This document shows positions 1 to 10,783 of a DNA stretch of 64,000 nt, one piece after another. The translations under genes were made by a program, and so were the position numbers. The notes beneath the pieces were generated by a model, which was not told the DNA's origin, did not search any database, and saw only the letters and a list, made by a program, of their open reading frames with translations. The first letter of the stretch is position 1; each line of letters begins with the position of its first letter. This stretch comes from an uncultured candidate division Zixibacteria bacterium (GTDB lineage: Bacteria > Zixibacteria > MSB-5A5 > GN15 > PGXB01). Where the stretch lies: contig OY969724.1 of assembly GCA_963702205.1 (NCBI GenBank), forward strand, positions 2,816,001 through 2,880,000, given 5' to 3'.

Positions 1-2506
1 TCGGCATATAAGACAATGTCGCTTTTTTTGCGACAAACATTGAATCGAAGTGATTAAGGTCATTAAGACGTATTAAGTCGAAAGGTCCCCTGTACATCGA
101 TTGAATATCCAGCTTATGATATGTATTCGGAAGACTTTCCTGAGAGTAGTTGATTTCAGGAATAACTATATTTTCAAATTTGAGTTTCACGGGATTTTGA
201 CTCATAATGGAATCATTCACGCTCAGGCTTGCTATATTGATTGTGTCCTGGCCAATCTCCATATTTAAATAAAAATAGAAGTAATCCACAGAAAGTCCCA
301 TATTGCCGGAGAAAGTCAACGATAGACTCAGCGAATCGTATACGCCCGGAGCAATTACGCTATCCAAGCTTAGAGAATTTTCGACATACGATACTTCAAG
401 GCCCTGTATTACGTGCAATGCATGGGATATTGTCTTTCGGAAATTCAGTTCCTGTCCATTAAAGTCATAACTATAACTTAGCGTTACCGTCAATGTATCA
501 TCGGTATCGGGGACAAGCAAATCCGTGGGAACCTGAACCGTTCGTATGCCGTCGGCGCCGGGGCCTGGGGCCGGATATACGAAGTCGTTTTGACACCCGT
601 CGCCACAACTTGAAAACCCAACTGATACTATTATTGGCGAATTGGGAATAACATCACCTTCGTTTCTATAGTGATACATCAGTGATTGGATGACCCCGGC
701 TATTATGGTATCATCCAAACCCTTGGTGACTTCAAAACTTAATCCATTGAATACCACAGACACGGCATTGGAAAGGAGTGCCTGGGTCCTGGTGAATAAA
801 TAATTCGAACCAAAATCCCCGTTATATACTATCCCTCGCTCCTCCAGATCAGCAATCCCGGCCACGAAATCATCGGCACCGTCAAGCACCGACGGCGTCA
901 GCGAACCTCCCTGTACTATCAATTCCACCGGATCGGTTGAGGCATCGAAATTGGTCTTGAGATTGCCGTAGGCATCGTACACCGTCAGAGTCGACGGGCC
1001 CAGCAGCGGATATCCGACAAACTGTGTCGGCTGAATATCCAGCGCCAACTCACCCGGTTCACCGGGCACGACGTTGATACTTTTATCTTTGGAAAAGTCG
1101 TTTGCACTCGTGGCCCTGACAATTGCTCTCTCGGCGGCATAGAAGAACTGCTCGGCACTTCCCTGACCTTCAGATACTTCAATTGCGTTCAGTACCGGAG
1201 CGTCGCCGTTGGGAGAGGGATTGCCCGCGAGAAGCTCGAGAATTATTGTACCGCTCGCGGGGTTGCCGTACTGATCGACGGCGTTTTCGACCGACAATAC
1301 ATACGCCGCTCCGGCGACCGATGAATCCGCTCCGCTCAGATTAAATTCCACAATTGGGCCACCGTTGACCATGATTATATTGCTTTGTCCGGATTTTTCT
1401 CCATTCGTTGCGATAATGACTTTCTGACCGGCCGTGTGAAGAATAAATCCGTCACCGCTGAATTCATGCACTCCGGCATCGGATTCGGTAAATTGATAAG
1501 GATTTTCCCGGGTATAGGGCAGCACGGCCGAAGGATCATCCGATTCAAAATACACGATGCCATCATAATCAGATTTGACATTTCCGAATGCATCGACGGC
1601 GCTAACAATCACGTTTCCCGCAAAAGCTTCACCGGCCATAACCTGCTCGGGAGTGCCCGAGACGACGAATTTATCCAGGTCTCCCGGAATGACTCTTATC
1701 ATGCCCGACTGCCCGGTCAGGCCGTCATGCTCGGCCATGACTCTTCCCTGACCGGTAGTGGTCGCCCGAAACAATCCGCCTTCAAGGGTGCCAATATTGC
1801 CGTCAAGACTCCAGTTGGCCTCCAGCGGTTCGGTGCGGTTATTGAATTGATCTATACCGTATGCCTGGAAAAGTTGCGCCTCTCCGGCCTTCAAAGTCAA
1901 AGGATCGGACGGCTCCACTTCCAGCGCAACCGGTTCATCGGGGATTATATCGAACCTGTCCGAAAAGGTCGGCCCGGCCGTAACCATAAACCAGCGATTG
2001 AAAACCAGCCCGGTAACCTGATACTCCCGGGCTTCCTGCGGATTCCTAATGTTTTCTACGGTCAGAGTAATTTGGGTGCCGGCGGGCGGCGACTGGCCCC
2101 ATTTGAACATGACCGTCACGGTATGGCCATACACCCAGGCATAGCGAATTTCGAGGTCCTGCCCGCTGTAATTATCGGAATAATCAATATTCGTGATAGT
2201 ATTAAGCCCGAATTCGGAGGGCCAATTGAAGGATAACCCGCCCACTTTGGGAATACCATCGTGGGGCACAATAATTTTCACTTGATAAATATCTGTCCGC
2301 CCGGCGATTGCCGTCGAAGGCACCACCGTAATATTAAGATCGGGACCCGGTGGCGACGTGGCCAGGCTGCCGATGAAGCGACCACCATCATCCCAAAAAT
2401 TAAGTTGTGACATTGAATCGGGCAGGCCAAATTCGACTTCGGCGGTCAGGCCGGAAAGCGGGGTCACGACCAGGCAGAATATGAAGAGTAAAAATATATA
2501 TTTCAT
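1..2506 (-). CDS. Large secreted Ig-like repeat surface protein, partial (>835 aa, runs off the window start)
   Basis: Absent from the ORF track because there is no stop codon inside the window. Manual translation from ATG at 2506 gives MKYIFLLFIFCLVVTPLSG (signal peptide) and an open frame to base 1, with repeated DQFNN/DAFGN/DQYGN/DAYGN motifs typical of bacterial Ig-like domains. Confidence 0.8.
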   Translation of the reverse strand, partial: MKYIFLLFIFCLVVTPLSGLTAEVEFGLPDSMSQLNFWDDGGRFIGSLATSPPGPDLNITVVPSTAIAGRTDIYQVKIIVPHDGIPKVGGLSFNWPSEFGLNTITNIDYSDNYSGQDLEIRYAWVYGHTVTVMFKWGQSPPAGTQITLTVENIRNPQEAREYQVTGLVFNRWFMVTAGPTFSDRFDIIPDEPVALEVEPSDPLTLKAGEAQLFQAYGIDQFNNRTEPLEANWSLDGNIGTLEGGLFRATTTGQGRVMAEHDGLTGQSGMIRVIPGDLDKFVVSGTPEQVMAGEAFAGNVIVSAVDAFGNVKSDYDGIVYFESDDPSAVLPYTRENPYQFTESDAGVHEFSGDGFILHTAGQKVIIATNGEKSGQSNIIMVNGGPIVEFNLSGADSSVAGAAYVLSVENAVDQYGNPASGTIILELLAGNPSPNGDAPVLNAIEVSEGQGSAEQFFYAAERAIVRATSANDFSKDKSINVVPGEPGELALDIQPTQFVGYPLLGPSTLTVYDAYGNLKTNFDASTDPVELIVQGGSLTPSVLDGADDFVAGIADLEERGIVYNGDFGSNYLFTRTQALLSNAVSVVFNGLSFEVTKGLDDTIIAGVIQSLMYHYRNEGDVIPNSPIIVSVGFSSCGDGCQNDFVYPAPGPGADGIRTVQVPTDLLVPDTDDTLTVTLSYSYDFNGQELNFRKTISHALHVIQGLEVSYVENSLSLDSVIAPGVYDSLSLSLTFSGNMGLSVDYFYFYLNMEIGQDTINIASLSVNDSIMSQNPVKLKFENIVIPEINYSQESLPNTYHKLDIQSMYRGPFDLIRLNDLNHFDSMFVAKKATLSYMP

Positions 2507-2766
2507 AAGCTGATATTAATATTCGCTTAATAAAAAGCAAAGGCTATGCCCTTAAATGAATGTCCTCTTGGCCAAAATGGATGACAATAATTACATAATA
2601 TTATAATTTAAATAAATTGCATAAGATATTATACCGCATATATATAAATGTACGTATAATAAATTATGAATATACTGACGTGATATATTTATTTATTAAT
2701 TTTTACGGCAGGTAAAGTGGTGATTTAAGCATGCAAAGTTTTGCACCTAATCTGTTTGGCCGTGCA

Positions 2767-3666
2767 TTATTTGACCAATTGCGATCTTGTAAGTCGTGCC
2801 TCGGCAGAATGGACGGTATTGGTCAGCAGCATTGCTATCGTCATCAATCCGACGCCGCCGGGAACCGGCGTGATATACGAGGACTTGGGTTTACAGGCGT
2901 CGAAATCGACATCACCGACCACCCGGTAGCCTTTATCGGCCGAGGGATCTTCGACCCGGTTTATTCCGACGTCGATGATTACTACCCCGTCTTTGAGCAT
3001 ATCGGCTTTAACAAAGGCGGGCTGCCCGATGGCGGCGATAATGATATCCGCCCGGCGACAAACCTCGCCGATATTTGCCGTTTGGGAATGACACACGGTT
3101 ACCGTGGCGTTGGCCATCGGCCCCTTTTGAAGCAGCATTGCAGCGATCGGCTTGCCCACAATATTCGACCGGCCCAGCACGACCACTTCTTTTCCGGCCG
3201 GATCGATATCATAGCGACGCATCAGTTCGACTATGCCGTACGGTGTGCACGGCAGAAATGTCGGCTGGCCGGCCAGCATACGGCCGACGTTATATGGATG
3301 AAAACCGTCCACATCCTTTTGTGGGTCGATTTTAAGGGTCACCGCCGGTTCATCGAGATGTTTCGGAAGCGGCGATTGCACCAGAATGCCATCTATCTCA
3401 TCGCGATTGTTCAAATCGTCGACAATGCCTTCGATTTCGTCTTGTTCGATATTGGCCGGGCGAGTGATTACCTCGGAATAAATGCCGATTTTTTGGCAAG
3501 CTTTGGCCTTGCTGCGAACATAAATGGCCGAAGCCGGGTCATCACCGACCAGCACCGCCGCCAGGCCGGGTGTAACCCCTTTTTCGGTCAAATCAGCCGT
3601 TTTGGCTTTGAGTTCGTCCTTAATTTCCTGTGAGACTTTTTTGCCGTCGATTATTATAGCATCCAT
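2767..3666 (-). CDS. folD: Bifunctional methylenetetrahydrofolate dehydrogenase/cyclohydrolase
   Basis: KDVDGFHP, PCTPYG, GRSNIVGKP and TPVPGGVG motifs. Confidence 0.97.
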   Translation of the reverse strand: MDAIIIDGKKVSQEIKDELKAKTADLTEKGVTPGLAAVLVGDDPASAIYVRSKAKACQKIGIYSEVITRPANIEQDEIEGIVDDLNNRDEIDGILVQSPLPKHLDEPAVTLKIDPQKDVDGFHPYNVGRMLAGQPTFLPCTPYGIVELMRRYDIDPAGKEVVVLGRSNIVGKPIAAMLLQKGPMANATVTVCHSQTANIGEVCRRADIIIAAIGQPAFVKADMLKDGVVIIDVGINRVEDPSADKGYRVVGDVDFDACKPKSSYITPVPGGVGLMTIAMLLTNTVHSAEARLTRSQLVK

Positions 3667-3667
3667 G

Positions 3668-4492
3668 CTATTTCTCTTTGTCGTTCTCTTTATTCTGTGG
3701 ATAATCTCCTATATCGATCCTGAATCGCTCGATATTTTCGGCGGCACCGTCTTCGGTTTCGACCGTCAGAACCACTCCGCTGAGCTTAATATCGTTATTG
3801 GCCGATGCGAACCGGTGCGGCATGCCGGTCAGGAAACGATCCAGCGATGGCCTCTTGGCCATACCGATAATCGAATCGTGTGGTCCGGTCATTCCAACGT
3901 CGGTGATGTACGCCGTCCCCCGTTCGCTGACCGATTCATCGGCCGTCTGGACGTGCGTGTGCGTGCCGATCACCGCCGTGACTTTACCGTCGAGGAAGTA
4001 CGCCAGCGCCTGTTTTTCCGAAGTCACTTCGGCATGAAAGTCGATTATGATTATGTCCGTCTCGCGGCTCATCTGGTCGACCAGCTTTTCACCGACGCGG
4101 AAAGGGCAGTCGATATCTTTCATGTACGTCCGGCCCATCAGATTGAGGATACCGATGCGTCCTTTAGTCGTATCGTCGATGAAGAAACCGTTGCCCGGTG
4201 TCCCCGGCGGGAAATTGGCCGGGCGCAGAAGTTTCGATTGGTCGTTGATATACCGCCAGATATCGAGCCGGTCCCAGATATGGTTGCCCGATGTTTGACA
4301 ATCGACGCCGTATGAAAATATCTTGTTGCACATTTCCGGAGTTACGCCAAAACCACCGGCGGCGTTCTCCACGTTGGCGATGACATAATCGGCTTCGTAC
4401 TTTTCACGCAGATTTCGGCACTCCTGAGAAAGGGCGTATCGCCCTTGTTTTCCCACGAGATCGGCAAAAAAGATTATCTTAATTTTTGACAT
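3668..4492 (-). CDS. ymdB: YmdB/TIGR00282-family metallophosphoesterase
   Basis: NVENAAGG, SGNH, DFHAEVTSEK, GTHTHV and TDVGMTGP motifs; directly downstream of rny. Confidence 0.93.
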   Translation of the reverse strand: MSKIKIIFFADLVGKQGRYALSQECRNLREKYEADYVIANVENAAGGFGVTPEMCNKIFSYGVDCQTSGNHIWDRLDIWRYINDQSKLLRPANFPPGTPGNGFFIDDTTKGRIGILNLMGRTYMKDIDCPFRVGEKLVDQMSRETDIIIIDFHAEVTSEKQALAYFLDGKVTAVIGTHTHVQTADESVSERGTAYITDVGMTGPHDSIIGMAKRPSLDRFLTGMPHRFASANNDIKLSGVVLTVETEDGAAENIERFRIDIGDYPQNKENDKEK

Positions 4493-6057
4493 TACTTCGC
4501 GAATTCCGTCGCCCGGTTTTCCCGTATGACCGTGACTTTAATCTGTCCGGGATATTCCATTTCTTTTTCTATTTTGCGCGCAATGTCCCCGGCCAGTATA
4601 TGTGTGGCCAGGTCATCGACCGTTTCACATTCAACGATAACGCGAATCTCCCGACCCGCCTGTATGGCAAACGCCTTGGAAACGCCTTTGAACGAGTCGG
4701 CCAGTTCTTCGAGTTTCTGGAGACGCTTGATGTATGCTTCCAACGGTTCACGGCGGGCGCCCGGTCGTGCGCCCGAGACGGCATCGGCCGCCTGGACGAG
4801 TACGGCGTACGGTGTCTCCATCGGTATATCGCCGTGATGCGAGGCCACCGCGTTTATCACCGCCGGATGCACGTTGAACCGTTTCAGGAAATTGGCACCT
4901 ATTTCAGTGTGCGTGCCTTCCGTCTCGCGGTCTATGGCCTTGCCAACGTCGTGCAGCAAACCGGAAAGCCGGGCCAGATTCGGGTCGAGATCGAGCTCGG
5001 CGGCCATTATCCCGCACAGGATGGCCACTTCTTTGGCGTGCTGAAGCACGTTTTGGCCGTAGGAAGTCCGGTAGTGCAATTTGCCCAGGAGTTTGATCAC
5101 ATCCAGGGGCAGCCCCTGCACCCCGGTATCGAAACAGGCCTGCTCACCTATTTCGCGGACTATCATTTCCATTTCTTTTTGCGTCTTTTCGACGACTTCT
5201 TCGATACGCGTCGGGTGGATGCGGCCGTCGGCAATGAGTTTTTCCAGCGACATGCGGGCGATTTCCCGACGAATCGGGTCGTAACCCGATAAAATCACCG
5301 CCTCCGGAGTATCATCGACGATCACGTCGATCGCCGTGGCCGTTTCGAACGACCGGATGTTACGGCCTTCACGTCCGATAATGCGGCCTTTCATCTCATC
5401 GTTGGGCAAGTTTACGACCGAGACGGTGGCTTCGACCGCCTGATCGGCGGCACAGCGATAAATCGCTCCAAGAATAATTTCTTTGGCCTCTTTTTCGGCA
5501 TCCTGCTCGGCCTTTTCCTTGATTTCCTTTATCATGGCTGCCGCTTCAATTTTGGCCTCATTGATCAGGTTTTCTTTCAATTCCTTTTTGGCCTCATCGG
5601 CGGTCATTCCGGCGATGCGTTCCAGCTTTTCATTCTGGTCTTTTGTAATTGCATCGAGTTCGGATTCACGGATCGAAATGCCCTTCTCGCGTCCGCTCAG
5701 AGTTTTCTCGCGGGCGATCAGTTCTTTTTCGAGTTTTGAATGTGACTCTATTTTTTTATCCAGATTCGACTGACGGTCCTGCAGGCTCCGTTCGAGTTTC
5801 TGCAATTCGTTCTTCTTGTTCTGGATTTCTCGTTCATAATTTGATTTTACTTTATACCATTCTTCACGGGCCTCAAGAAGCGCTTCTTTTTTCTTGATTC
5901 CGGCTTCCTTTTCGCCCTCGGCGATAATCTTCTTGGCGGTTTCCTCGGCATTGGAGATACGTTTATCCCCGATACGTTTAAGGATAATCCACCCGGCGAT
6001 GAAGCCGAAGATCACGCCAACTATGGTCAGAAGCACCGTCAACGCTAACTCGCTCAT
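4492..6057 (-). CDS. rny: Ribonuclease Y
   Basis: N-terminal TM helix, coiled coil, KH domain ([13 protein letters not shown]) and HD domain (LLHDVGK). Confidence 0.97.
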   Translation of the reverse strand: MSELALTVLLTIVGVIFGFIAGWIILKRIGDKRISNAEETAKKIIAEGEKEAGIKKKEALLEAREEWYKVKSNYEREIQNKKNELQKLERSLQDRQSNLDKKIESHSKLEKELIAREKTLSGREKGISIRESELDAITKDQNEKLERIAGMTADEAKKELKENLINEAKIEAAAMIKEIKEKAEQDAEKEAKEIILGAIYRCAADQAVEATVSVVNLPNDEMKGRIIGREGRNIRSFETATAIDVIVDDTPEAVILSGYDPIRREIARMSLEKLIADGRIHPTRIEEVVEKTQKEMEMIVREIGEQACFDTGVQGLPLDVIKLLGKLHYRTSYGQNVLQHAKEVAILCGIMAAELDLDPNLARLSGLLHDVGKAIDRETEGTHTEIGANFLKRFNVHPAVINAVASHHGDIPMETPYAVLVQAADAVSGARPGARREPLEAYIKRLQKLEELADSFKGVSKAFAIQAGREIRVIVECETVDDLATHILAGDIARKIEKEMEYPGQIKVTVIRENRATEFAK

Positions 6058-6156
6058 TGGTCCTCCTTGTCGCGGCCACAGACCGCAACATCTATGATTA
6101 ATTCTATATTAAAGAGAAGACAATTGAGACTGATCTGGTCTGAGATACGAACGGAG

Positions 6157-6459
6157 CTATTCGGATAAAGAATTTTCGAGCATATCCAGTATATTCCGGG
6201 CTTTGCTTTCCACCTGACTTAAGTCCTCACCCTGCTTTTCCTTAAGCTCCAGCAATTCTCCCGCGATATTAAGGGCGGCGAGAATCGCGATGCGATTGGG
6301 AGATTTATTTTTCGAGTGTAAAGCAATGTCTTTCATATGAGTGTCGACAAAATCGGCGACACGCAAAATAAAATCCTCGTTGCCGAATCCCCGGATGGGA
6401 TATTCCTCTCCAAAAATTACGACTTTTACCGTCTTATTCTTATCTGAAATATCCGTCAT
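6157..6459 (-). CDS. zapA: Cell division protein ZapA
   Basis: VKVVIFGEEYPI...AILAALNIA pattern; pheT-zapB-zapA-rny synteny. Confidence 0.88.
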   Translation of the reverse strand: MTDISDKNKTVKVVIFGEEYPIRGFGNEDFILRVADFVDTHMKDIALHSKNKSPNRIAILAALNIAGELLELKEKQGEDLSQVESKARNILDMLENSLSE

Positions 6460-6561
6460 AAACAGATCTCTAAAAATCAGTCTAAATTTATCTTCAATTG
6501 TTTTTTCCCAAATATATTAACAAAAAGGCGTTTGATACGTTCAATGTCAAGCCAAATAATT

Positions 6562-6801
6562 TCAAACCGAGGCTTCTTCCAGAGACTCGAGTTTATCGAG
6601 AATTGAGTTCAACCGGCCTTTAATCCTTTCGGATTTCTGGTTGTTTTCGTCTTCAATGGTTTTCAACCTGGCCCGGGCCGTCTCAAATTCCTGCTTCAAA
6701 TCACCATTTTCGCTTTTCAGCTTAATATTTTCAGCCTTAAGCGACTCGATCAATTCGACCGCCCGACTGATTTTCCTTTCCAGTTGTTCCAGAGTATCCA
6801 T
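6562..6801 (-). CDS. zapB: Coiled-coil protein, ZapB-like
   Basis: 79 aa heptad protein (LEQLERKISRAVELIESLK) between pheT and zapA. Confidence 0.65.
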   Translation of the reverse strand: MDTLEQLERKISRAVELIESLKAENIKLKSENGDLKQEFETARARLKTIEDENNQKSERIKGRLNSILDKLESLEEASV

Positions 6802-6807
6802 ATTATG

Positions 6808-9183
6808 TTAGCCCTTCCTGATTTCAGCGCCAAACTTTTTAGTCAATTCCCCTCCGATGCGCTCGTGCAAGGCGGTCACTTCATCGCTTTCCAGGCTGCG
6901 CTCATCGGAACGATAAACCATGCTGAACGCCAGCGATTTTTTGCCTGCCCCTATATTTTTGCCGCTGTACAAATCAAAAACACGGACCTCCTCCAAAAGC
7001 GCCCCGCCGATTTCTTTGATACAGTCGAACATATCGCCAACTCGGATACCGGCATCGACAATCAGCGCTATATCGCGCAGTGCGGCCGGATAGCGCGGCA
7101 GAGGAGTGAATTTACTTTCCGGGTCCTGTGCCTTGAATAACGGTTCAAAATCCAGTACGGCCGCAAGAAGCGGTTGCTTGATATCAAACTCGCGGGCAAT
7201 CACCGGCTGCAGGGTTCCGATCTCCCCGACAATTGCATCGCCGAGCAGCAAGCGGAATGAGCCGCCTTCGGCGTACGGTCCAAAATTTTCCTGTTTATAT
7301 TTCAACTGCGGCATATTCGAAGATTCCACCAGAGCGTCGATAGCACCTTTCAGATCGTGGAAATCATACGGCCGCCCCTTATCATACCAGTCGTCCGGCG
7401 TATTTCCGGAAAGCGCCAGCCCGACCTGCATCTTTTCCCAATTGTTTTCCTCGGCGAAAAAGGCCCGTCCGAACTCGAAAATTCTCAGGCTCATATTGCG
7501 ATGAGCAATATTGTGTGCTACCACTTTGACCAGCGAATACAAGACACTGTCCTGAAGCACCGAAAGGTCTTCAGCATTGGGATTAAGTATTTTTAATTTT
7601 TTAGATTCGCCTGTAAGCTTCGGGAGGAATTTCGGATCGGCCAGCCCGACACCATAAATTTCGTCGTAACCCTGAGCGGTCAGGACCCGGCGCACAAGTG
7701 CAAAGAACCGGGTTTCTTCGGGAGATTTAGTGAAAAGCGGTCCGTTATTTCGCTCAGCAGTCGGGATATTATCCATACCATTGATGCGCGCGATTTCTTC
7801 GATCAGATCAACTTCGCGGGTAATATCCGGCCGGAACGTCGGTACCGCCACCTCAAGTATCTCTTCACTCTCAACACCGAAATCAAGACCTTTCAATATA
7901 TTAATTATTCGCTCTTCAGAAATATCGGTCCCCAAAAGACTGTTCACGCGGCTGGTCCTGAGTTTCAATCTCAGAGGCTCAATCTCTTTGGGATAGCAAT
8001 CAACTATGCCTTTGAGGACTTCACCATCGGCGTATTGAGCCATAAGTGCGGCAGCACGATTGACGGCGGCGACCACGTTTTCCGGATCGGCCCCTTTTTC
8101 AAAACGGCTCGATGACTCGGTATTCAACCCCAGATTGAGTCTCCCCCGTCGGGTCGTGATCGGGTCGAAATAAGCCGCTTCAAGAAGTATATTGGTCGTC
8201 GTATCTTCGACTTCCGTGTTCATGCCGCCCATTATGCCGGCCGCGGCAATGCCTTTTTTGCCGTCGGTGATGAGCAGCACATCAGGAGTCAATTCATGCT
8301 CTTTTTCATCGAGAGTCGTTAATTTTTCTTTATTTTTGGCCCGTCTGACTACGATCTCTTTGTGATCCAGCCGGTCGTAATCGAAGGCGTGCAGGGGATG
8401 CCCGGTTTCGAGCATAACCAGATTGGTAATATCAACCACATTGGAAATCGGCCTTACGCCCGATAGAATAAGCTTGCGGCGTATCCACCATGGTGACGGC
8501 CCAATCTTCACATTCTTTATGATTCGCGCCGCATAACGCGGGCAGGCTTCGGGATCGTCTATGGAAATTTTTATATAGTCGGAAGCAGGTTCCTCGGTTT
8601 CTTCAATCTCGAATTCAGGCTTGGAATGCGTCGTCCCGTTCAGGCAGGCGACATCCCGCGCCACCCCGATGACCGCCAGCATATCGGGGCGGTTGGGGGT
8701 CAAATCGAGACGTAAGACCGAGTCGTCCATCTGCAGGTAATTTATGGCCGAATCGCCGACCGGGGCGTCGTCGTCGAGAACCATAATACCGCTGTGATCG
8801 TCGGAAAGACCCAGTTCGCGCTCCGAGCAGATCATTCCATAGGATTCCACCCCGCGCAGTTTGGCCTTCTTGATTTTGAAATCTTCACCGAGTACGGCCC
8901 CGACTCTGGCCATCACCACCTTCTGGCCTTTCGCCACGTTGGGAGCGCCACAGACAACCTGCACGGCTTCATCGCCGCAGTCGACCATCGCTTTGGTCAG
9001 ATGGTCGCTGTCAGGGATTTTTTCAAGCTCGGTCACGTGCCCAACGACAATATTGTCCCACTTACCTTTGAAAGGGTAGGTAACTTCGGCTTCCGACCCG
9101 GCAATGGTCAGCCTGTCCCCCAGTTCCTCGGGGGTCATGTCGAATTCGGCCAGTTCTTTTATCCAGCTATAAGGTACCAGCAT
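6808..9183 (-). CDS. pheT: Phenylalanine-tRNA ligase beta subunit
   Basis: VCGAPNV, GMICSEREL, LTPNRPD, RFEKG and FDX-ACB C-terminus. Confidence 0.97.
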   Translation of the reverse strand: MLVPYSWIKELAEFDMTPEELGDRLTIAGSEAEVTYPFKGKWDNIVVGHVTELEKIPDSDHLTKAMVDCGDEAVQVVCGAPNVAKGQKVVMARVGAVLGEDFKIKKAKLRGVESYGMICSERELGLSDDHSGIMVLDDDAPVGDSAINYLQMDDSVLRLDLTPNRPDMLAVIGVARDVACLNGTTHSKPEFEIEETEEPASDYIKISIDDPEACPRYAARIIKNVKIGPSPWWIRRKLILSGVRPISNVVDITNLVMLETGHPLHAFDYDRLDHKEIVVRRAKNKEKLTTLDEKEHELTPDVLLITDGKKGIAAAGIMGGMNTEVEDTTTNILLEAAYFDPITTRRGRLNLGLNTESSSRFEKGADPENVVAAVNRAAALMAQYADGEVLKGIVDCYPKEIEPLRLKLRTSRVNSLLGTDISEERIINILKGLDFGVESEEILEVAVPTFRPDITREVDLIEEIARINGMDNIPTAERNNGPLFTKSPEETRFFALVRRVLTAQGYDEIYGVGLADPKFLPKLTGESKKLKILNPNAEDLSVLQDSVLYSLVKVVAHNIAHRNMSLRIFEFGRAFFAEENNWEKMQVGLALSGNTPDDWYDKGRPYDFHDLKGAIDALVESSNMPQLKYKQENFGPYAEGGSFRLLLGDAIVGEIGTLQPVIAREFDIKQPLLAAVLDFEPLFKAQDPESKFTPLPRYPAALRDIALIVDAGIRVGDMFDCIKEIGGALLEEVRVFDLYSGKNIGAGKKSLAFSMVYRSDERSLESDEVTALHERIGGELTKKFGAEIRKG

Positions 9184-10196
9184 TACCGAAACTGCCTTAT
9201 GAATCTCATGTCATTTTCGAACAGGAGGCGGATGTCCTTGATGCCGTATTTGAGCATAGCGATGCGCTCAACCCCTATCCCGAACGCATAACCGGTGTAT
9301 TTTTCACTATCGATACCGGCCATATCGAGAACGTTGGGGTCGATCATACCGCAGCCGAGAATTTCCAACCAGCCAAAATGTTTGCACAAAACGCACCCTT
9401 TGCCGCCGCACATGAAGCACGAGATATCCAGCTCCGCCGATGGCTCGGTAAACGGGAAATAGCTGCAACGAAACTTTATGCGGACGTCCTCACCGAAGAA
9501 ATCTTTGCAGAAGGTGTAAAGTGCCCCTTTAAGGTCGGCCATGCTTATGCCCTCGTCGATCACAAAACCGTCAACCTGGTGAAAGATGCAATGCGACCGG
9601 GCGGAGACGGTCTCGTTGCGGTACGTCTTGCCGGGCATCAAAATTTTCATCGGCGGTTTGATCTTCCGCATCACCCGGGCCTGCACCGACGTCGTGTGTG
9701 TCCGCAGCAACCGCCCGCCTTCCAAGTAAAATGTATCCTGCATATCGCGCGCGGGATGGTCGGGCGGGAAATTCAGCGCTTCAAAATTATTATAGTCGTC
9801 TTCGACGTCGGGACCGTAGGCAATCGCGAAGCCCATACGCTCGAAAGACTCACACAGGCGGTTTATGACCCGCGTTATGGGATGGATGGCACCTATTTTG
9901 GTGCGTTTGCCGGGCAAAGTCGGATCGAGTATCGGACCCCTGGGGATCGCGAGAAATTTTTCTTCGGCGGCTTTCAGAGCTTCTTCAAGAGCAGTTTTGG
10001 CGCGATTGGCCGCACCCCCGATAGTTTTTTTATCTTCAACGGAAAGATCTTTAAGACTCTTCAAAATGGACGTAATAGTCCCTTTGCGGCTTAAATGAGC
10101 AATACGGATTTCGTCAAGTTCATTTTTATTTGTGGCCGCCGATATGGCCGACAGAGCGTCGGCCACGATTTTTTCGATATCACCGGCTCCGGGCAT
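9183..10196 (-). CDS. pheS: Phenylalanine-tRNA ligase alpha subunit
   Basis: HPARDMQDTF, LRTHT, YFPFTEPS and GYAFGIGVER motifs. Confidence 0.97.
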   Translation of the reverse strand: MPGAGDIEKIVADALSAISAATNKNELDEIRIAHLSRKGTITSILKSLKDLSVEDKKTIGGAANRAKTALEEALKAAEEKFLAIPRGPILDPTLPGKRTKIGAIHPITRVINRLCESFERMGFAIAYGPDVEDDYNNFEALNFPPDHPARDMQDTFYLEGGRLLRTHTTSVQARVMRKIKPPMKILMPGKTYRNETVSARSHCIFHQVDGFVIDEGISMADLKGALYTFCKDFFGEDVRIKFRCSYFPFTEPSAELDISCFMCGGKGCVLCKHFGWLEILGCGMIDPNVLDMAGIDSEKYTGYAFGIGVERIAMLKYGIKDIRLLFENDMRFIRQFR

Positions 10197-10211
10197 ATAA
10201 ATAACCGGAGC

Positions 10212-10562
10212 TTACGCGTTTTTGGCCATGTCAACCAGACGACCGAAGGTCGCCATATCGCGGGCGGCGATATCGGCCAGGACCTTGCGATCCAATCCAA
10301 TGCCGGCCTTTTTCAGACCGTTCATGAAGGTCGAATAATTCAGCCCGAATTGTTTTACTCCGGCGGATATGCGTGTAATCCAGAGGCGGCGGAATTCCCG
10401 CTTTTTATTGCGTCGGTCACGATAGGCATACTTCATGCCCTTGTGAACGGTCTCTATGGCTGTACGATACAACCGCGAACGGCCGCCATAATTTCCGCTG
10501 GCCCTATCCAGCACTTTTTTATGGCGTCTGTGAGCGGCGACGTTATTCTTTGCACGTGGCAT
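10212..10562 (-). CDS. rplT: 50S ribosomal protein L20
   Basis: [21 protein letters not shown]. Confidence 0.97.
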   Translation of the reverse strand: MPRAKNNVAAHRRHKKVLDRASGNYGGRSRLYRTAIETVHKGMKYAYRDRRNKKREFRRLWITRISAGVKQFGLNYSTFMNGLKKAGIGLDRKVLADIAARDMATFGRLVDMAKNA

Positions 10563-10588
10563 TTTATCAATACTCCTGTCGGGCTACT

Positions 10589-10783
10589 TTAATTCGGTAT
10601 TAACCGACTTATTTTCTGAGAATCGGCTTTGCTGACCAGGCTCGCTTTGCGGAGGTTTCTTTTGCGCGTGGCACTCTTCTTGGTCAGAATATGGGTATGA
10701 TAGGCTTTGCGCCTTTTTATCTTACCCGTTGCTGTCTTCTTGAACCGTTTCGCGGCTGACCGGTTCGTCTTTATCTTGGGCAT
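10589..10783 (-). CDS. rpmI: 50S ribosomal protein L35
   Basis: [17 protein letters not shown]. Confidence 0.96.
   Translation of the reverse strand: MPKIKTNRSAAKRFKKTATGKIKRRKAYHTHILTKKSATRKRNLRKASLVSKADSQKISRLIPN

Noticed and set aside
1385..2236. 283 aa plus-strand ORF and the many other antisense ORFs in the track
   Set aside because: They are shadow frames of well-supported genes on the opposite strand (here the Ig-repeat protein) and carry no family motifs.
6058..6156. 6S RNA, often found downstream of zapA
   Set aside because: The spacer is only 99 nt and shows no long hairpin with a central bubble; 6S RNA is about 180 nt.
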